From contig NZ_DAMDLR010000003.1 in NCBI RefSeq assembly GCF_032084975.1, positions 7,453 through 71,452 of the forward strand: DNA of 64,000 nucleotides. Direction: 5' to 3'. The notes under the pieces were generated by a model. That model was not told the DNA's origin and searched no databases. It saw only the letters and a program-made list of their open reading frames with translations. Within the stretch, counting starts at the first letter, position 1, and every line of letters starts with the position of its first letter. Position numbers and translations under genes: made by a program. Positions 38,901 through 46,798 of the stretch are shown in pieces. Origin of the DNA: Aeromicrobium sp. GTDB taxonomy: Bacteria > Actinomycetota > Actinomycetes > Propionibacteriales > Nocardioidaceae.

Positions 38901-39775
38901 ACGTCGCCCTCGCGGGCGCGGTACGGGGTCGGGCCGTCGGCGCCCTCGGGCAGCCAGCGGGTGGCCGGGCCGCCGCGCATGATCGAGGCGTTGTCCTTGT
39001 AGGCCACGATCGTGCCCTCGCCGGCGACGGCCTCGGTGTGCCGGATCATGGCGAAGAGCGAGCGCTCCTGCGGCTCACCGTCGACCACGAAGTCGGCGTT
39101 GAAGATCTTGTGGCGGCAGTGCTCGGAGTTGGCCTGCGCGAACATCATCAGCTCGACGTCGCTGGGGTTGCGGCCCAGGTCGGTGAACGCGTCGACGAGG
39201 TAGTCGATCTCGTCGTCGGACAGCGCCAGCCCGAAGTCGGCATCGGCGCGCACGATCGCGTCGCGGCCCTCACCGAGCACGTCGACACGCTCCATCGGCT
39301 CGGCCTCGCGCTCGGCGAACAGCCCGGCGGTGGCCTCGCGGCTGGGCAGCGCGGTCTCGGTCATGCGGTCGTGAAGTACGTCGGCGCACGTCGCGAGCTG
39401 GTCCTCGGTCAGCGCCGTGCCGACCAGCGTGAACTCGGTGACGCGCTCCACCCGGCGGACGTCGAGCCCGCAGTTGTGGACGATGTCGGTGGCCTTGCTG
39501 GACCACGGCGAGATCGTGCCGAGTCGCGGCGCGACGACGACCAGCGTGCCCTCGGGCGTGGGCTCGGCCGGGTCGCCGTAGTCGAGGATCTGCGCGACCG
39601 TCTCGGCGGTGGCCGCGTCGAGCGGCCGCTCGCTCGCGATCCAGTGGACGTACCGAGCGCTGACGCCGGTCAGTCCCGGGACGACCGCCTGCAGGCGAGC
39701 GAGGAGGGCACGGGCGCGGAAGGCGGAGAGCGCGTTGCCGCCCTCGACCACGGTGAGTTCGACATCGCACGACAC
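35921..39775 (-). CDS. purL: Phosphoribosylformylglycinamidine synthase, single-chain large type (PurL with fused PurS-like and glutaminase domains)
   Basis: 1284 aa, with an N-terminal PurS-like domain, AIR-synthase-like repeats (EHCRHKIF..., [23 protein letters not shown]) and a C-terminal class-I glutaminase (GFSYGD...GICNGAQ...HGEG). Confidence 0.95.
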   Translation of the reverse strand: MSCDVELTVVEGGNALSAFRARALLARLQAVVPGLTGVSARYVHWIASERPLDAATAETVAQILDYGDPAEPTPEGTLVVVAPRLGTISPWSSKATDIVHNCGLDVRRVERVTEFTLVGTALTEDQLATCADVLHDRMTETALPSREATAGLFAEREAEPMERVDVLGEGRDAIVRADADFGLALSDDEIDYLVDAFTDLGRNPSDVELMMFAQANSEHCRHKIFNADFVVDGEPQERSLFAMIRHTEAVAGEGTIVAYKDNASIMRGGPATRWLPEGADGPTPYRAREGDVHVLMKVETHNHPTAISPFPGAATGAGGEIRDEGATGRGSAPKAGLTGFVVSNLHLPDTDEPWESEQYGRPEHIASPLDIMIEGPIGAAAFNNEFGRPGLGGFFRVYEQTVDGVRRGYHKPIMSAGGLGSISAEMTEKIHFPDGSLLIQLGGPGMRIGMGGSAASSKAAGANAAELDFDSVQRGNPEIERRAQEVINHCWSLGDDNPILSIHDVGAGGLSNAFPELVDDAGMGARFDISAVPLEESGLAPKEIWSNESQERYVLAIAPESLERFEALCERERCPFAVVGVARDDRQLVLAPEEPGGEFPIDMPMDVLLGKPPKMVRDVTRVEWSSPELDLAGIDARSAAYSVLRHPTVASKRFLVTIADRTVGGTTHRDQMVGPWQVPVADVAVTLTDHVGFSGQAMASGERTPLASTDGPASGRMAVGEAITNLLAAPIDLPGVKLSCNWMAACGEDGEDAALYDTVHAVAMELCPALGISVPVGKDSLSMRTRWTDESGAEKQVTAPVSLVVTAFASLPDVRGTATPELPAGAALLLVDLGAGANRLGGSMLAQVNDEFGGTVPDLDDPQRLVALVDGVNALRDAGLLAAYHDRSDGGLWAAACELAFAGGVGLELDTDDLAALFTEELGAVLAVPADRVDEALELLAEHGLADLASRVGASTEQRRIRVPGLGIDESLHDLAQAWDEVSWRIARLRDNPACADEEHAAIGADEPLLTLETTFDPTVDVAAPYLTGRARPKVAILREQGVNSHVETAFGFDRAGFDAYDVHMTDLQSGRFDLADAVGLVACGGFSYGDTLGAGEGWARSVLFNPALTDAFTTFFERTDTFGLGICNGAQMFGALAEIIPGAEAWPRFTRNVSEQYEARLSLVEILDSPSVLFAGMAGSKVPIAVAHGEGFPNFTGRGDADAVHRVARFVDVHGNAATTYPANPNGAGDGLTAVTTPDGRFTAMMPHPERVQRNIQMSWNAGDPAAESPWSRLFRNARAWVD

Positions 39776-39873
39776 GCGGCCAGCCTAGTCGGCCGTCGAC
39801 CCGGGCTCCCGGGCCGTCTCGGCCTTCCGCGGCAGGGTGGCGCCCCGGCCGAGGTCGGTGCGACAGTCGGCAC

Positions 39874-40590
39874 ATGGCAACCGCCGCCGTGGAGGTCCGT
39901 GCGCTCGTGGTCGAGCGTGGCGGACGGGCTGTCCTCGACGGCCTCGACCTGACGATCCCCCGGGGCCGGGTCACCGGCCTGCTGGGTCCGAGCGGGTGCG
40001 GGAAGTCCACGCTGATCCGCTCGCTCGCGGGCGTCCAGGTCGTGCAGGCAGGCGCCGTCAGCGTCCTGGGCGAGCCGGCCGGATCGGTCGCCAACCGTCG
40101 TCGCGTCGGGTACGTGACCCAGGCCAACTCGATGTACGCCGACCTCACCGTCGCGCAGAACATCGCCTACTTCGCCGCGATCCACGGGACGCCGTCCGAG
40201 CGGATCGCCGAGGTGCTGGAGTCGGTCGACCTGACCGTGCAACGCGGGCAGCTGGTGCGGGACCTGTCGGGAGGACAGCGTGCCCGCGTCTCCCTCGCGG
40301 CCGCCCTGCTGACCGCACCGGACCTCTACCTCCTGGACGAGCCGACCGTCGGCCTCGACCCGGTGCTGCGGCGTGACCTGTGGCGACTGTTCGCGCAGCT
40401 CGCCGGGGGCGGGGCCACCCTGCTCGTCTCGAGCCACGTCATGGACGAGGCCGACCGGTGCGACGAGGTCCTGCTGATGCGGGAGGGGCGGCTCATCGCC
40501 CAGGACACGCCCGCGGCGCTGCGCTCGGCCACGGGAACCGGCGACATCGAGTCGGCGTTCCTCGCCCTGGCCGGGGAGGACCTCCCGTGA
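39874..40590 (+). CDS. ABC transporter ATP-binding protein (ABC-2/DrrA-like)
   Basis: 238 aa. Walker [10 protein letters not shown], signature LSGGQRARV, Walker B LYLLDEP. Confidence 0.9.
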   Translation: MATAAVEVRALVVERGGRAVLDGLDLTIPRGRVTGLLGPSGCGKSTLIRSLAGVQVVQAGAVSVLGEPAGSVANRRRVGYVTQANSMYADLTVAQNIAYFAAIHGTPSERIAEVLESVDLTVQRGQLVRDLSGGQRARVSLAAALLTAPDLYLLDEPTVGLDPVLRRDLWRLFAQLAGGGATLLVSSHVMDEADRCDEVLLMREGRLIAQDTPAALRSATGTGDIESAFLALAGEDLP

Positions 40591-41312
40591 CCGGCACCCT
40601 GGCGACCGCGCGGCGGGTGCTCGCCCAGCTCGGGCACGACCCGCGCAGCGTCGTGATGCTGCTCCTGCTGCCCTCTCTGCTGCTGTTGTTGTTCCGGTAC
40701 GTGTTCGACCGTCAGCCGCAGGTGTTCGAGCGCATCGGGCCGCAGATGCTGGCGCTCTTCCCGTTCATCCTGATGTTCCTGATCACGAGCGTCACGATGG
40801 TGCGGGAGCGGATCTCGGGAACTCTCGAGCGACTCCTGACCACTCCCCTGCGTCGTGGCGAGCTGATCGGCGGCTACGCCGTGGCGCTCAGCCTGGTCGC
40901 GTTGGTGCAGTCGGCGATCAACCTCGCCGTGGGCCAGTGGGCGCTCGACCTGGGCCTGGACCGGCCGTGGGAGGGGCTGCTGTTCGCGATCCTCAGCTCG
41001 GTCGTCGGCACGGCCCTGGGCCTGCTGGCGTCGGCGTTCGCGCGGACCGAGTTCCAGGCGGTCCAGTTCATGCCGCTCGTGATCATCCCGCAGCTGCTCG
41101 TCTGTGGGCTGCTCGTGCCCGTCGACCAGATGCCGGACGTCCTGCGCTGGCTCTCGGTCGTGATGCCGCTGACCTACTCGACCGAGGCGTTCTCGTCCCT
41201 GGCGGCCGGAGGTGACCCGGCCGAGCGGGCGGTCGACCTCGTCGTGCTGGTCGGCTTCGCTGCCGGGTCGATCGCGCTGGCCTCACTCACCCTGCGTCGC
41301 CGGACCCCCTGA
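40587..41312 (+). CDS. ABC-2 type transporter permease
   Basis: 241 aa; the GTG overlaps the ATPase stop (GTGA). It has six hydrophobic helices and the RERISGTLERLLTTPL motif typical of the ABC-2 family. Confidence 0.85.
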   Translation: MTGTLATARRVLAQLGHDPRSVVMLLLLPSLLLLLFRYVFDRQPQVFERIGPQMLALFPFILMFLITSVTMVRERISGTLERLLTTPLRRGELIGGYAVALSLVALVQSAINLAVGQWALDLGLDRPWEGLLFAILSSVVGTALGLLASAFARTEFQAVQFMPLVIIPQLLVCGLLVPVDQMPDVLRWLSVVMPLTYSTEAFSSLAAGGDPAERAVDLVVLVGFAAGSIALASLTLRRRTP

Positions 41313-41336
41313 CCCACCGCGGTCCTCACAGCCGCG

Positions 41337-41960
41337 TCAGCGAGCAGCGGCCGCGATCACGAGCAGCAGGCAGGCCAGGAACGACACCGGCACGAGCAGC
41401 AGTGCGGCGAGGGACAGCGTCACGGACGTGCCGATCCTCGGCGGGAAGAACCAGCGCGCGCGGGGCAGGTCGTCGATGCTCTCGAGGACGCCCGGGGCCA
41501 CGCCGAAGCCGCGCCAAAGGCCCTTGAGCCGCGAGAACACGCGAACGCCGCCCGTGGTCCCCGCCAGCTGTCCGAGGGCCTGGCGCGCCTCCCCGACGTC
41601 GTCACTGAGGGAGACGGCGATGCCCAGCTCGGTCGCGAACTGCGGCTCGTCGCGCACGGCGTCCAGCACGCGGTGCCGGCGCAGCGCGAACGCCGCGGAC
41701 ACGACGGCACCGAGACCCGCGAGCCCGCCCGCCAGCACCTTCAGCCACGTGTCGTCGGCGACCAGCGCCACGACCGCGAGGCCGGCCAGGAACGGCCAGG
41801 CCGCGACCAGCACGAGCAACGAGGGCCAGCGCAGCAGCCGCACCGCCAGCGTGATGACCGGAGCGGCCCTGCGGGCCACGTCGGCGGTCTGCCCGTCGAC
41901 CTTCGAGGCCAGTCCGTCGACGGCCGCGTTGACACGACGGCCACTGTTCCTGATGCCCAT
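41337..41960 (-). CDS. Hypothetical membrane protein
   Basis: 207 aa with about four hydrophobic helices (LLVLVAAWPFLAGLAVVALV; LAGGLAGLGAVVSAAFAL; two at the C-terminus). I recognise no family. Confidence 0.55.
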   Translation of the reverse strand: MGIRNSGRRVNAAVDGLASKVDGQTADVARRAAPVITLAVRLLRWPSLLVLVAAWPFLAGLAVVALVADDTWLKVLAGGLAGLGAVVSAAFALRRHRVLDAVRDEPQFATELGIAVSLSDDVGEARQALGQLAGTTGGVRVFSRLKGLWRGFGVAPGVLESIDDLPRARWFFPPRIGTSVTLSLAALLLVPVSFLACLLLVIAAAAR

Positions 41961-42045
41961 GTCACCAGCCTAGGAGGCGGGTCGATGGCCCGACTGCCCT
42001 CGAGTCGCGCCGCCGGTAACGCACGTTTACGATGTGACTCGATCC

Positions 42046-42061
42046 TGTGTGGTAACTCACA
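42046..42061. promoter_or_regulatory. CRP/Glx-like half-palindrome TGTGT-N6-TCACA
   Basis: TGTGTggtaacTCACA in a lower-GC stretch 86 nt upstream of the 42147 start. It differs by one base from the TGTGA-N6-TCACA consensus of actinobacterial CRP. Confidence 0.3.
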
Positions 42062-42146
42062 GTTCATCGTGTTAGGTTTCCTCGGCAGTCAGTTCGCGCC
42101 CGCCCGGTCCCACCCATGCGGGCACCCGTCCAGAAAGGTGTCCACC

Positions 42147-43058
42147 GTGACCCGTTCTTCCCTCGTGGCGCGCCGTGTGGCGCTCCCCGTCACCGCCGCG
42201 CTCGTCGGCGGTACCCTCGCCGCCATCGGCGTCGCCTCCCCGGCCCACGCCGGCGGCAGCCAGGCAGTCAACAAGTCCTTCGACTACGAGTGCAACGTGG
42301 TGGCCGGCGGCCTCCCGCTCGGTGAGCACATCATCGGCGTCACGGCGGTCGCCAAGGTTCCGGCGACGGCATTCCGCGGGGAGCGCATCGCTCCCACTCC
42401 CGTGGCGCTCACGCTGAAGATGCCCGAGCTGCTGCGCGAGAGCACGGTCACCCTGCTCGGCGGCACCGCCGCTTCGGGCCAGTCGAACGACGCGTCGATC
42501 GTCCTCGCCTCGGGCGGTCGCTCCACGACCATCAAGATCCCGTCGCTCTCCGCCGCGAAGACTGCGATCCCGCAGGTGGCGAACCAGCCGTGGCTCATCC
42601 CCGCCAAGGGCACGGTGCCGGCGTTCGTCGTCCCCAACACCATGACGCGCACGGGGAGCCTCTCACTTCCGAAGGCGTTCACCATCACGGCCACCGTCGA
42701 CGTTCGCAACAACCAGACGGTGCCCGCCAACCTCACGTGCGCGAGCGCGGGGGCCTTGGACCTCGCTACGGTCCGCCAGGTCAACGCCGCGCCGAAGGCG
42801 CCGCGTGCGGTCAAGGTCGTCACCAAGAAGAACAAGGCGAAGAAGTTCGTCATCCGCGCGAAGGACGCCGACGGCAACCGCCTCGTCTTCAAGGCCGGCA
42901 AGGTCAAGAAGAAGGCCGGCAAGGTCATCGTTCGGGGCAAGCGCCTGACGTTCAAGCCGCGCAAGGGCTTCAAGGGCAAGACGTCCGTGATCGTCTCGAT
43001 CCGCGACGGCAAGGGCGGCACCGCGCGCACGAAGGTGAACATCACCGTCCGCAAGTGA
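42147..43058 (+). CDS. Secreted protein: DUF6801-like N-domain plus Lys-rich Ig/cadherin-like C-domain
   Basis: GTG start with GAAAGG 8 nt upstream. The signal peptide is VALPVTAALVGGTLAAIGVASPAHA. The N-domain begins SFDYECNV.., as I recall for DUF6801. The C-terminal ~90 aa (FVIRAKDADGNRLVF...GKRLTFKPRKGFKGKTSVIVSIRDGKGGTARTKVNITV) follows the bacterial cadherin/Ig-like pattern. Confidence 0.6.
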   Translation: MTRSSLVARRVALPVTAALVGGTLAAIGVASPAHAGGSQAVNKSFDYECNVVAGGLPLGEHIIGVTAVAKVPATAFRGERIAPTPVALTLKMPELLRESTVTLLGGTAASGQSNDASIVLASGGRSTTIKIPSLSAAKTAIPQVANQPWLIPAKGTVPAFVVPNTMTRTGSLSLPKAFTITATVDVRNNQTVPANLTCASAGALDLATVRQVNAAPKAPRAVKVVTKKNKAKKFVIRAKDADGNRLVFKAGKVKKKAGKVIVRGKRLTFKPRKGFKGKTSVIVSIRDGKGGTARTKVNITVRK

Positions 43059-43076
43059 CACCTGCACGACCCTGAC

Positions 43077-43108
43077 GTAGGGGCGAGGGCTTCGGCCCTC
43101 GCCCCTAC
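43077..43108 (+). terminator. Hairpin terminator
   Basis: Perfect 14-bp stem GTAGGGGCGAGGGC / GCCCTCGCCCCTAC with a TTCG tetraloop, 19 nt after the stop at 43058. Confidence 0.75.
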
Positions 43109-43206
43109 GCACGTCCCCAGCCGCAACCAGCGCCGGCGCATCCTGGCGCTCGCCTGCATTCCCGAGCGCCCGCGTTCTCCGAGCTGGACACTGCCGCTAC
43201 TCAAAT

Positions 43207-43238
43207 AGACACGCGTCCATAATTGTAGGCACGTGTCT
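43207..43238. promoter_or_regulatory. Candidate operator/promoter of the NTase-HEPN pair
   Basis: AGACACG (43207-43213) and CGTGTCT (43232-43238) form a perfect inverted repeat flanking an AT-rich core (CCATAATTGTAGG), 15-20 nt upstream of the wHTH-NTase start. Confidence 0.4.
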
Positions 43239-43252
43239 GATAAAGTAGCCGC

Positions 43253-43843
43253 GTGGACATGTCTGTGCCGTTCTCCTGCGTGGTTCCCTCTCTCGATGGT
43301 CCGGTGCTCGAAGTGCTTGCCGGGTCCGAGAAGCCGATGACCGGGCGGCAGGTCCACCGGGTCGCACGTCGCGGTAGCGCCGCAGGCGTGGCCAAAGTAC
43401 TGGAACGTCTCGTCTCGACTGGTCTCGTCCACAAGCAGGAGGTCGGCACCTCAGCGCTGTACAGAGCAAACCGTCACCACATTGCTTGGCCCGCCGTCGC
43501 TACGTTGATGGCGCTACGTGCCACGCTCATCGAAAGGCTGACCGAAGCCATCGGTCGTCTCGATCCCGCTCCCGTGAAGGCCGTCCTCTTCGGGTCGGCA
43601 GCGCGGGGCGACGGCAACGAGAGCAGCGACGTCGACATTCTGCTCGTCAGCCCTGGGTCCGACCACTCATGGAGCGCCACCATGAGCGACATCGCGGCCG
43701 ACGTTCACCTGTGGACGGGCAACCACGTCCAGTGGGTGGCCGTGGACGATGCCCGATGGGACCAGATGGTCGGCGACCAGGACCCGCTCATCGAGTCCGT
43801 CAACCGCGACGGCATCTCACTGCTGAGCGACCACCTCGCATGA
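43253..43843 (+). CDS. Winged-HTH + minimal nucleotidyltransferase (MNT/MntA-like antitoxin candidate)
   Basis: 196 aa (GTG at 43253 or ATG at 43259). The N-terminal MarR-like wHTH is VLEVLAGSEKPMTGRQVHRVARRG..VAKVLERLVSTGLV. The NTase motif is LFGSAARGDGNESSDVDILLV (GSxxRGx(n)SDxD). Confidence 0.8.
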   Translation: MDMSVPFSCVVPSLDGPVLEVLAGSEKPMTGRQVHRVARRGSAAGVAKVLERLVSTGLVHKQEVGTSALYRANRHHIAWPAVATLMALRATLIERLTEAIGRLDPAPVKAVLFGSAARGDGNESSDVDILLVSPGSDHSWSATMSDIAADVHLWTGNHVQWVAVDDARWDQMVGDQDPLIESVNRDGISLLSDHLA

Positions 43844-44256
43844 GCAGGGCGGGCAAGAGTGGCCTCCAGCCGTTCACGCGCACGCAGGCTCGCCAGCGCC
43901 TTGACTACGGACAGAAGTGCTTCGAGGTCGCCGACGTCATCAGCGGCGAGCCGGCCGACGACTGGACACCCAAGGTCGCCGTATCCCTTCACGTCCTCGC
44001 GGGCATCGCGGCGGCAGACGCCATCACAGGCGCTCGCCAAGGTGAACGCTGGCGAGGCTCCGACCATCGAGGAGCCATCGCACTCCTTGACGCCGTCACC
44101 GGCGCGAAAGAAGCAGGCAGGGCGCTCAGCGACCTGCTCGACCTCAAGGACAAGGCGCAATACTCACCCCACCTCGTCAGCGCCTCCGAAGAGAAACAAG
44201 CCACCCGGCGAGCCCAGCAACTCCTCGACAAGGCCGCCGAAGCGCTACGGCGCTGA
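43840..44256 (+). CDS. HEPN-like helical protein (HepT-like toxin candidate)
   Basis: 138 aa; the ATG overlaps the NTase stop (ATGA). It looks all-helical and has an Rx4-6H-type motif, RWRGSDH, after HVLAGIAAADAITGARQ. Confidence 0.6.
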   Translation: MSRAGKSGLQPFTRTQARQRLDYGQKCFEVADVISGEPADDWTPKVAVSLHVLAGIAAADAITGARQGERWRGSDHRGAIALLDAVTGAKEAGRALSDLLDLKDKAQYSPHLVSASEEKQATRRAQQLLDKAAEALRR

Positions 44257-44288
44257 GCTGGTCACTCGGCCCGGGAGCTCACACTCGG

Positions 44289-45146
44289 CTACTTCAGGAA
44301 CTTCGAGGTGCTGCGGTCCTTGAGCAGCGCCCCGCCGGTCTGGCACGTGGGGCAGTACTGCAGCGACGAGTCCGCGAAGACGACCTCGGCGATCGTGTCG
44401 CCGCAGACGTCGCAGGTCTGGCCGGCGCGGCCGTGGACTCGCATCCGTTCGCGCTTGGCGTCCTTCAGGTCGGCCGCGGGCTTGCCGTCCGCGGCGGCGA
44501 TCGCCTCGGTCAGCACCGACCCCACGGCAACCTCGAGCCGCTCGATCTCGGCGTCATCGAGCTTCTCGGCGATGGCGAACGGCGACAACCGCGCCTCGTG
44601 CAGGATCTCGTCGCTGTAGGCGTTGCCGATCCCCGCGATGATCGTCTGGTCGCGCAGGAGGCGCTTGACCTGCATCCGGCGGGCCAGCAGCGGCCGGAGC
44701 TCGAACCCGGGAGCGAGCGGGTCGGGACCGAGTCGCTCGATTCCGGAGACCTCGAGGGGGTCGCGCACGGCGTACACCGCCAGCCCCTTGCGCGTGCCGG
44801 CTTCGGTGAGGTCGAAGCCCTCGTGCGGGCCGTCCCCACGATCGACCCGGAACCGCAGCGCCACCGGTCCGCCCATCTTGACGCGGTTCTCGCCGAAGCG
44901 GTCGGACCACCGTAGCCATCCCGCCTTCGCGAGGTGGATCACCAGGTGCAGTCCGTCGACGTCGATGTCGATGAACTTGCCGTGGCGGTGGACGCCGGAG
45001 ACGGTCAACCCGGCGAACGCGGAGACGGCCGGGTCGTAGGTCTTGAGGACCGCGAACGAGGCTGGCTCGATCTCGGCCACCACGGCCCCGTCCAGCTTCT
45101 CTGCCAGCCAGCGGACCAGCGCCTCGACCTCGGGCATCTCGGGCAT
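44289..45146 (-). CDS. Fpg/Nei family DNA glycosylase/AP lyase
   Basis: 285 aa. It has the catalytic N-terminus MPEMPEVE, an H2TH region (IGNAYSDEILHEARL) and a C-terminal zinc finger CxxC...CPTCQ. Confidence 0.9.
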   Translation of the reverse strand: MPEMPEVEALVRWLAEKLDGAVVAEIEPASFAVLKTYDPAVSAFAGLTVSGVHRHGKFIDIDVDGLHLVIHLAKAGWLRWSDRFGENRVKMGGPVALRFRVDRGDGPHEGFDLTEAGTRKGLAVYAVRDPLEVSGIERLGPDPLAPGFELRPLLARRMQVKRLLRDQTIIAGIGNAYSDEILHEARLSPFAIAEKLDDAEIERLEVAVGSVLTEAIAAADGKPAADLKDAKRERMRVHGRAGQTCDVCGDTIAEVVFADSSLQYCPTCQTGGALLKDRSTSKFLK

Positions 45147-45155
45147 GGCGTCAGC

Positions 45156-46379
45156 CTACGAGCCGGAGGGCGCGAACGTCAGCCACAGCAGCACCGCATT
45201 GAGCAGGACGATGGCGCCGGCCGCCGCGACGGCGGCTGCGGTGGTCGCCCGCCGGTTGACGTGCTCGCCCATCACCGCCCGCGAGGACGTGAGCCACACG
45301 AGGGGGACGACGGCGAACGGGATGCCCATCGAGAGCACGACCTGCGACACCACCAGCGCGCGCGTCGGGTCGATGCCCGCGAGCAGGATCGCGAGCGCCG
45401 GGACGAGCGTGACGAGGCGGCGCACGACGGGCGCGAGGTTCCACGGCGTGAGGCTGCGCATGACCTCGGCGCCGGCCGCGCTGCCGACGGACGTGGACGA
45501 GATGCCCGAGCCCAGCAGGGCCACGGCGAACAGCAGGGCCACCCCCGTGCCGATCTCGCTGCTGATGAGGGCGTGCGCGCCCTCGATCGTGTCGGTGCCC
45601 TCGAATCCGTATAGGTTGGCGGCCGCCATGAGCAGCAGGGCCAGGTTCATCAACCCGGCCAACAGGAGGGCGAGCACCACATCGGTGCGCGTGGCGGCCA
45701 GCAGCTCGGTGAGGGTCGATCGGTCACCGCGACGGCCGAGCCGACCGGACGTGAGGCTCGAGTGCAGGTAGACCGCGTGCGGCATGACGGTGGCTCCCAC
45801 GATCCCGGAGGCGAGCAGCACGCTCTCGGTCCCGGAGAACGACGGCACGAGTCCGCCGGCGACGTCGGAGGCGACGGGCGGACCCACCACCAGGCCGGCG
45901 AGGAACCCCACCGCGATGAGCAGGAGGAAGCCGATGATCACACGCTCGAGGACTCCCTGACCGAGCCGATCGCCGATCGTCAGCACCCCCATCGCGACGA
46001 GTGCCGTCAGCACGGCCCCCACCGGCATCGGGACCCCGAACAGCAGGTGGAAGGCGATCGCCCCGCCGATCACCTCGGCCAGGTCCGTCGCGATCGCGAT
46101 GCCCTCGGCCTGCAGCCAGTACGCGAAGCGGACCCGCGGCCGGACGCGGTCACCGACCTGGGCCGCCAGGGAGCGTTGGGTGACCAGGCCGAGCTTCGCC
46201 GAGAGGTACTGGACGAGCACGGCCATCAGGTTGGCCAGCACGATCACCCAGACCAGGGTGTAACCGAACTGGGCGCCGGCCGTGATGTTCGTGGCGACGT
46301 TGCCGGGGTCGACGTAGGCGACCGCCGCGATGAAGGCCGGCCCCAACAGCGCGAACCGGCGGCGCAACGCCGTCGTCAC
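45156..46379 (-). CDS. mntH: Nramp-family divalent metal (Mn2+) transporter MntH
   Basis: GTG start overlapping the GNAT stop (GTGA). It carries the signature GPAFIAAVAYVDPGNVATN and is polytopic. Confidence 0.9.
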   Translation of the reverse strand: MTTALRRRFALLGPAFIAAVAYVDPGNVATNITAGAQFGYTLVWVIVLANLMAVLVQYLSAKLGLVTQRSLAAQVGDRVRPRVRFAYWLQAEGIAIATDLAEVIGGAIAFHLLFGVPMPVGAVLTALVAMGVLTIGDRLGQGVLERVIIGFLLLIAVGFLAGLVVGPPVASDVAGGLVPSFSGTESVLLASGIVGATVMPHAVYLHSSLTSGRLGRRGDRSTLTELLAATRTDVVLALLLAGLMNLALLLMAAANLYGFEGTDTIEGAHALISSEIGTGVALLFAVALLGSGISSTSVGSAAGAEVMRSLTPWNLAPVVRRLVTLVPALAILLAGIDPTRALVVSQVVLSMGIPFAVVPLVWLTSSRAVMGEHVNRRATTAAAVAAAGAIVLLNAVLLWLTFAPSGS

Positions 46380-46657
46380 CCGGCCAGGAGGTCGTGCAGC
46401 TCGGGACGCTCGTCGATGTAGCGGCGCACGTACACGCACGCCGGTCGCACCTTCTTGCCCTGCGAGCGGACGTCGTCCAGGGCGTATGCGACGAGCTGGC
46501 CGGCGAGGCCACGGCCCTCGAAGCGCTCGTCGATCTCGGTGTGCGGGAAGACCACGACGTCACCCTCGACCCGCGCCTCGGCCACCCCCACGCGCTCGCC
46601 GTCGACGGCGATCTCGTACCGCTGGTCCTCGGCGTTGTGAGTGATCTCGATGCTCAT
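46376..46657 (-). CDS. Small GNAT-like acetyltransferase (YjdJ/Acetyltransf_CG type)
   Basis: 93 aa from MSIEITHN. The sequence ...RYEIAVDGERVGVAEARVEGDVVVFPHTEIDERFEGRGLAGQLVAYALDDVRSQGKKVRPACVYV fits this mini-GNAT family. Confidence 0.7.
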   Translation of the reverse strand: MSIEITHNAEDQRYEIAVDGERVGVAEARVEGDVVVFPHTEIDERFEGRGLAGQLVAYALDDVRSQGKKVRPACVYVRRYIDERPELHDLLAG

Positions 46658-46798
46658 GCAGTGACCTTCCCACATGGCGCAGCCACTCGCTCACGCTGTA
46701 CTGGGGCGATCGTCCCGTTCAGGATGTGGACTTCTTATTGTGCTTCGCAGTCTCACCCAATACGATGGGAACATCAGTTCGAGTGAATCGGGGGATTC

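Noticed and set aside
46658-46798. Looked for a Mn-responsive element (yybP-ykoY riboswitch or an MntR/DtxR-type palindrome) upstream of the GNAT-mntH operon.
   Set aside because: I found no extended palindrome resembling TTAGGTTAGGCTAACCTAA-type boxes and no recognisable riboswitch helices. Only a weak CCCA-N6-TGGG was present.
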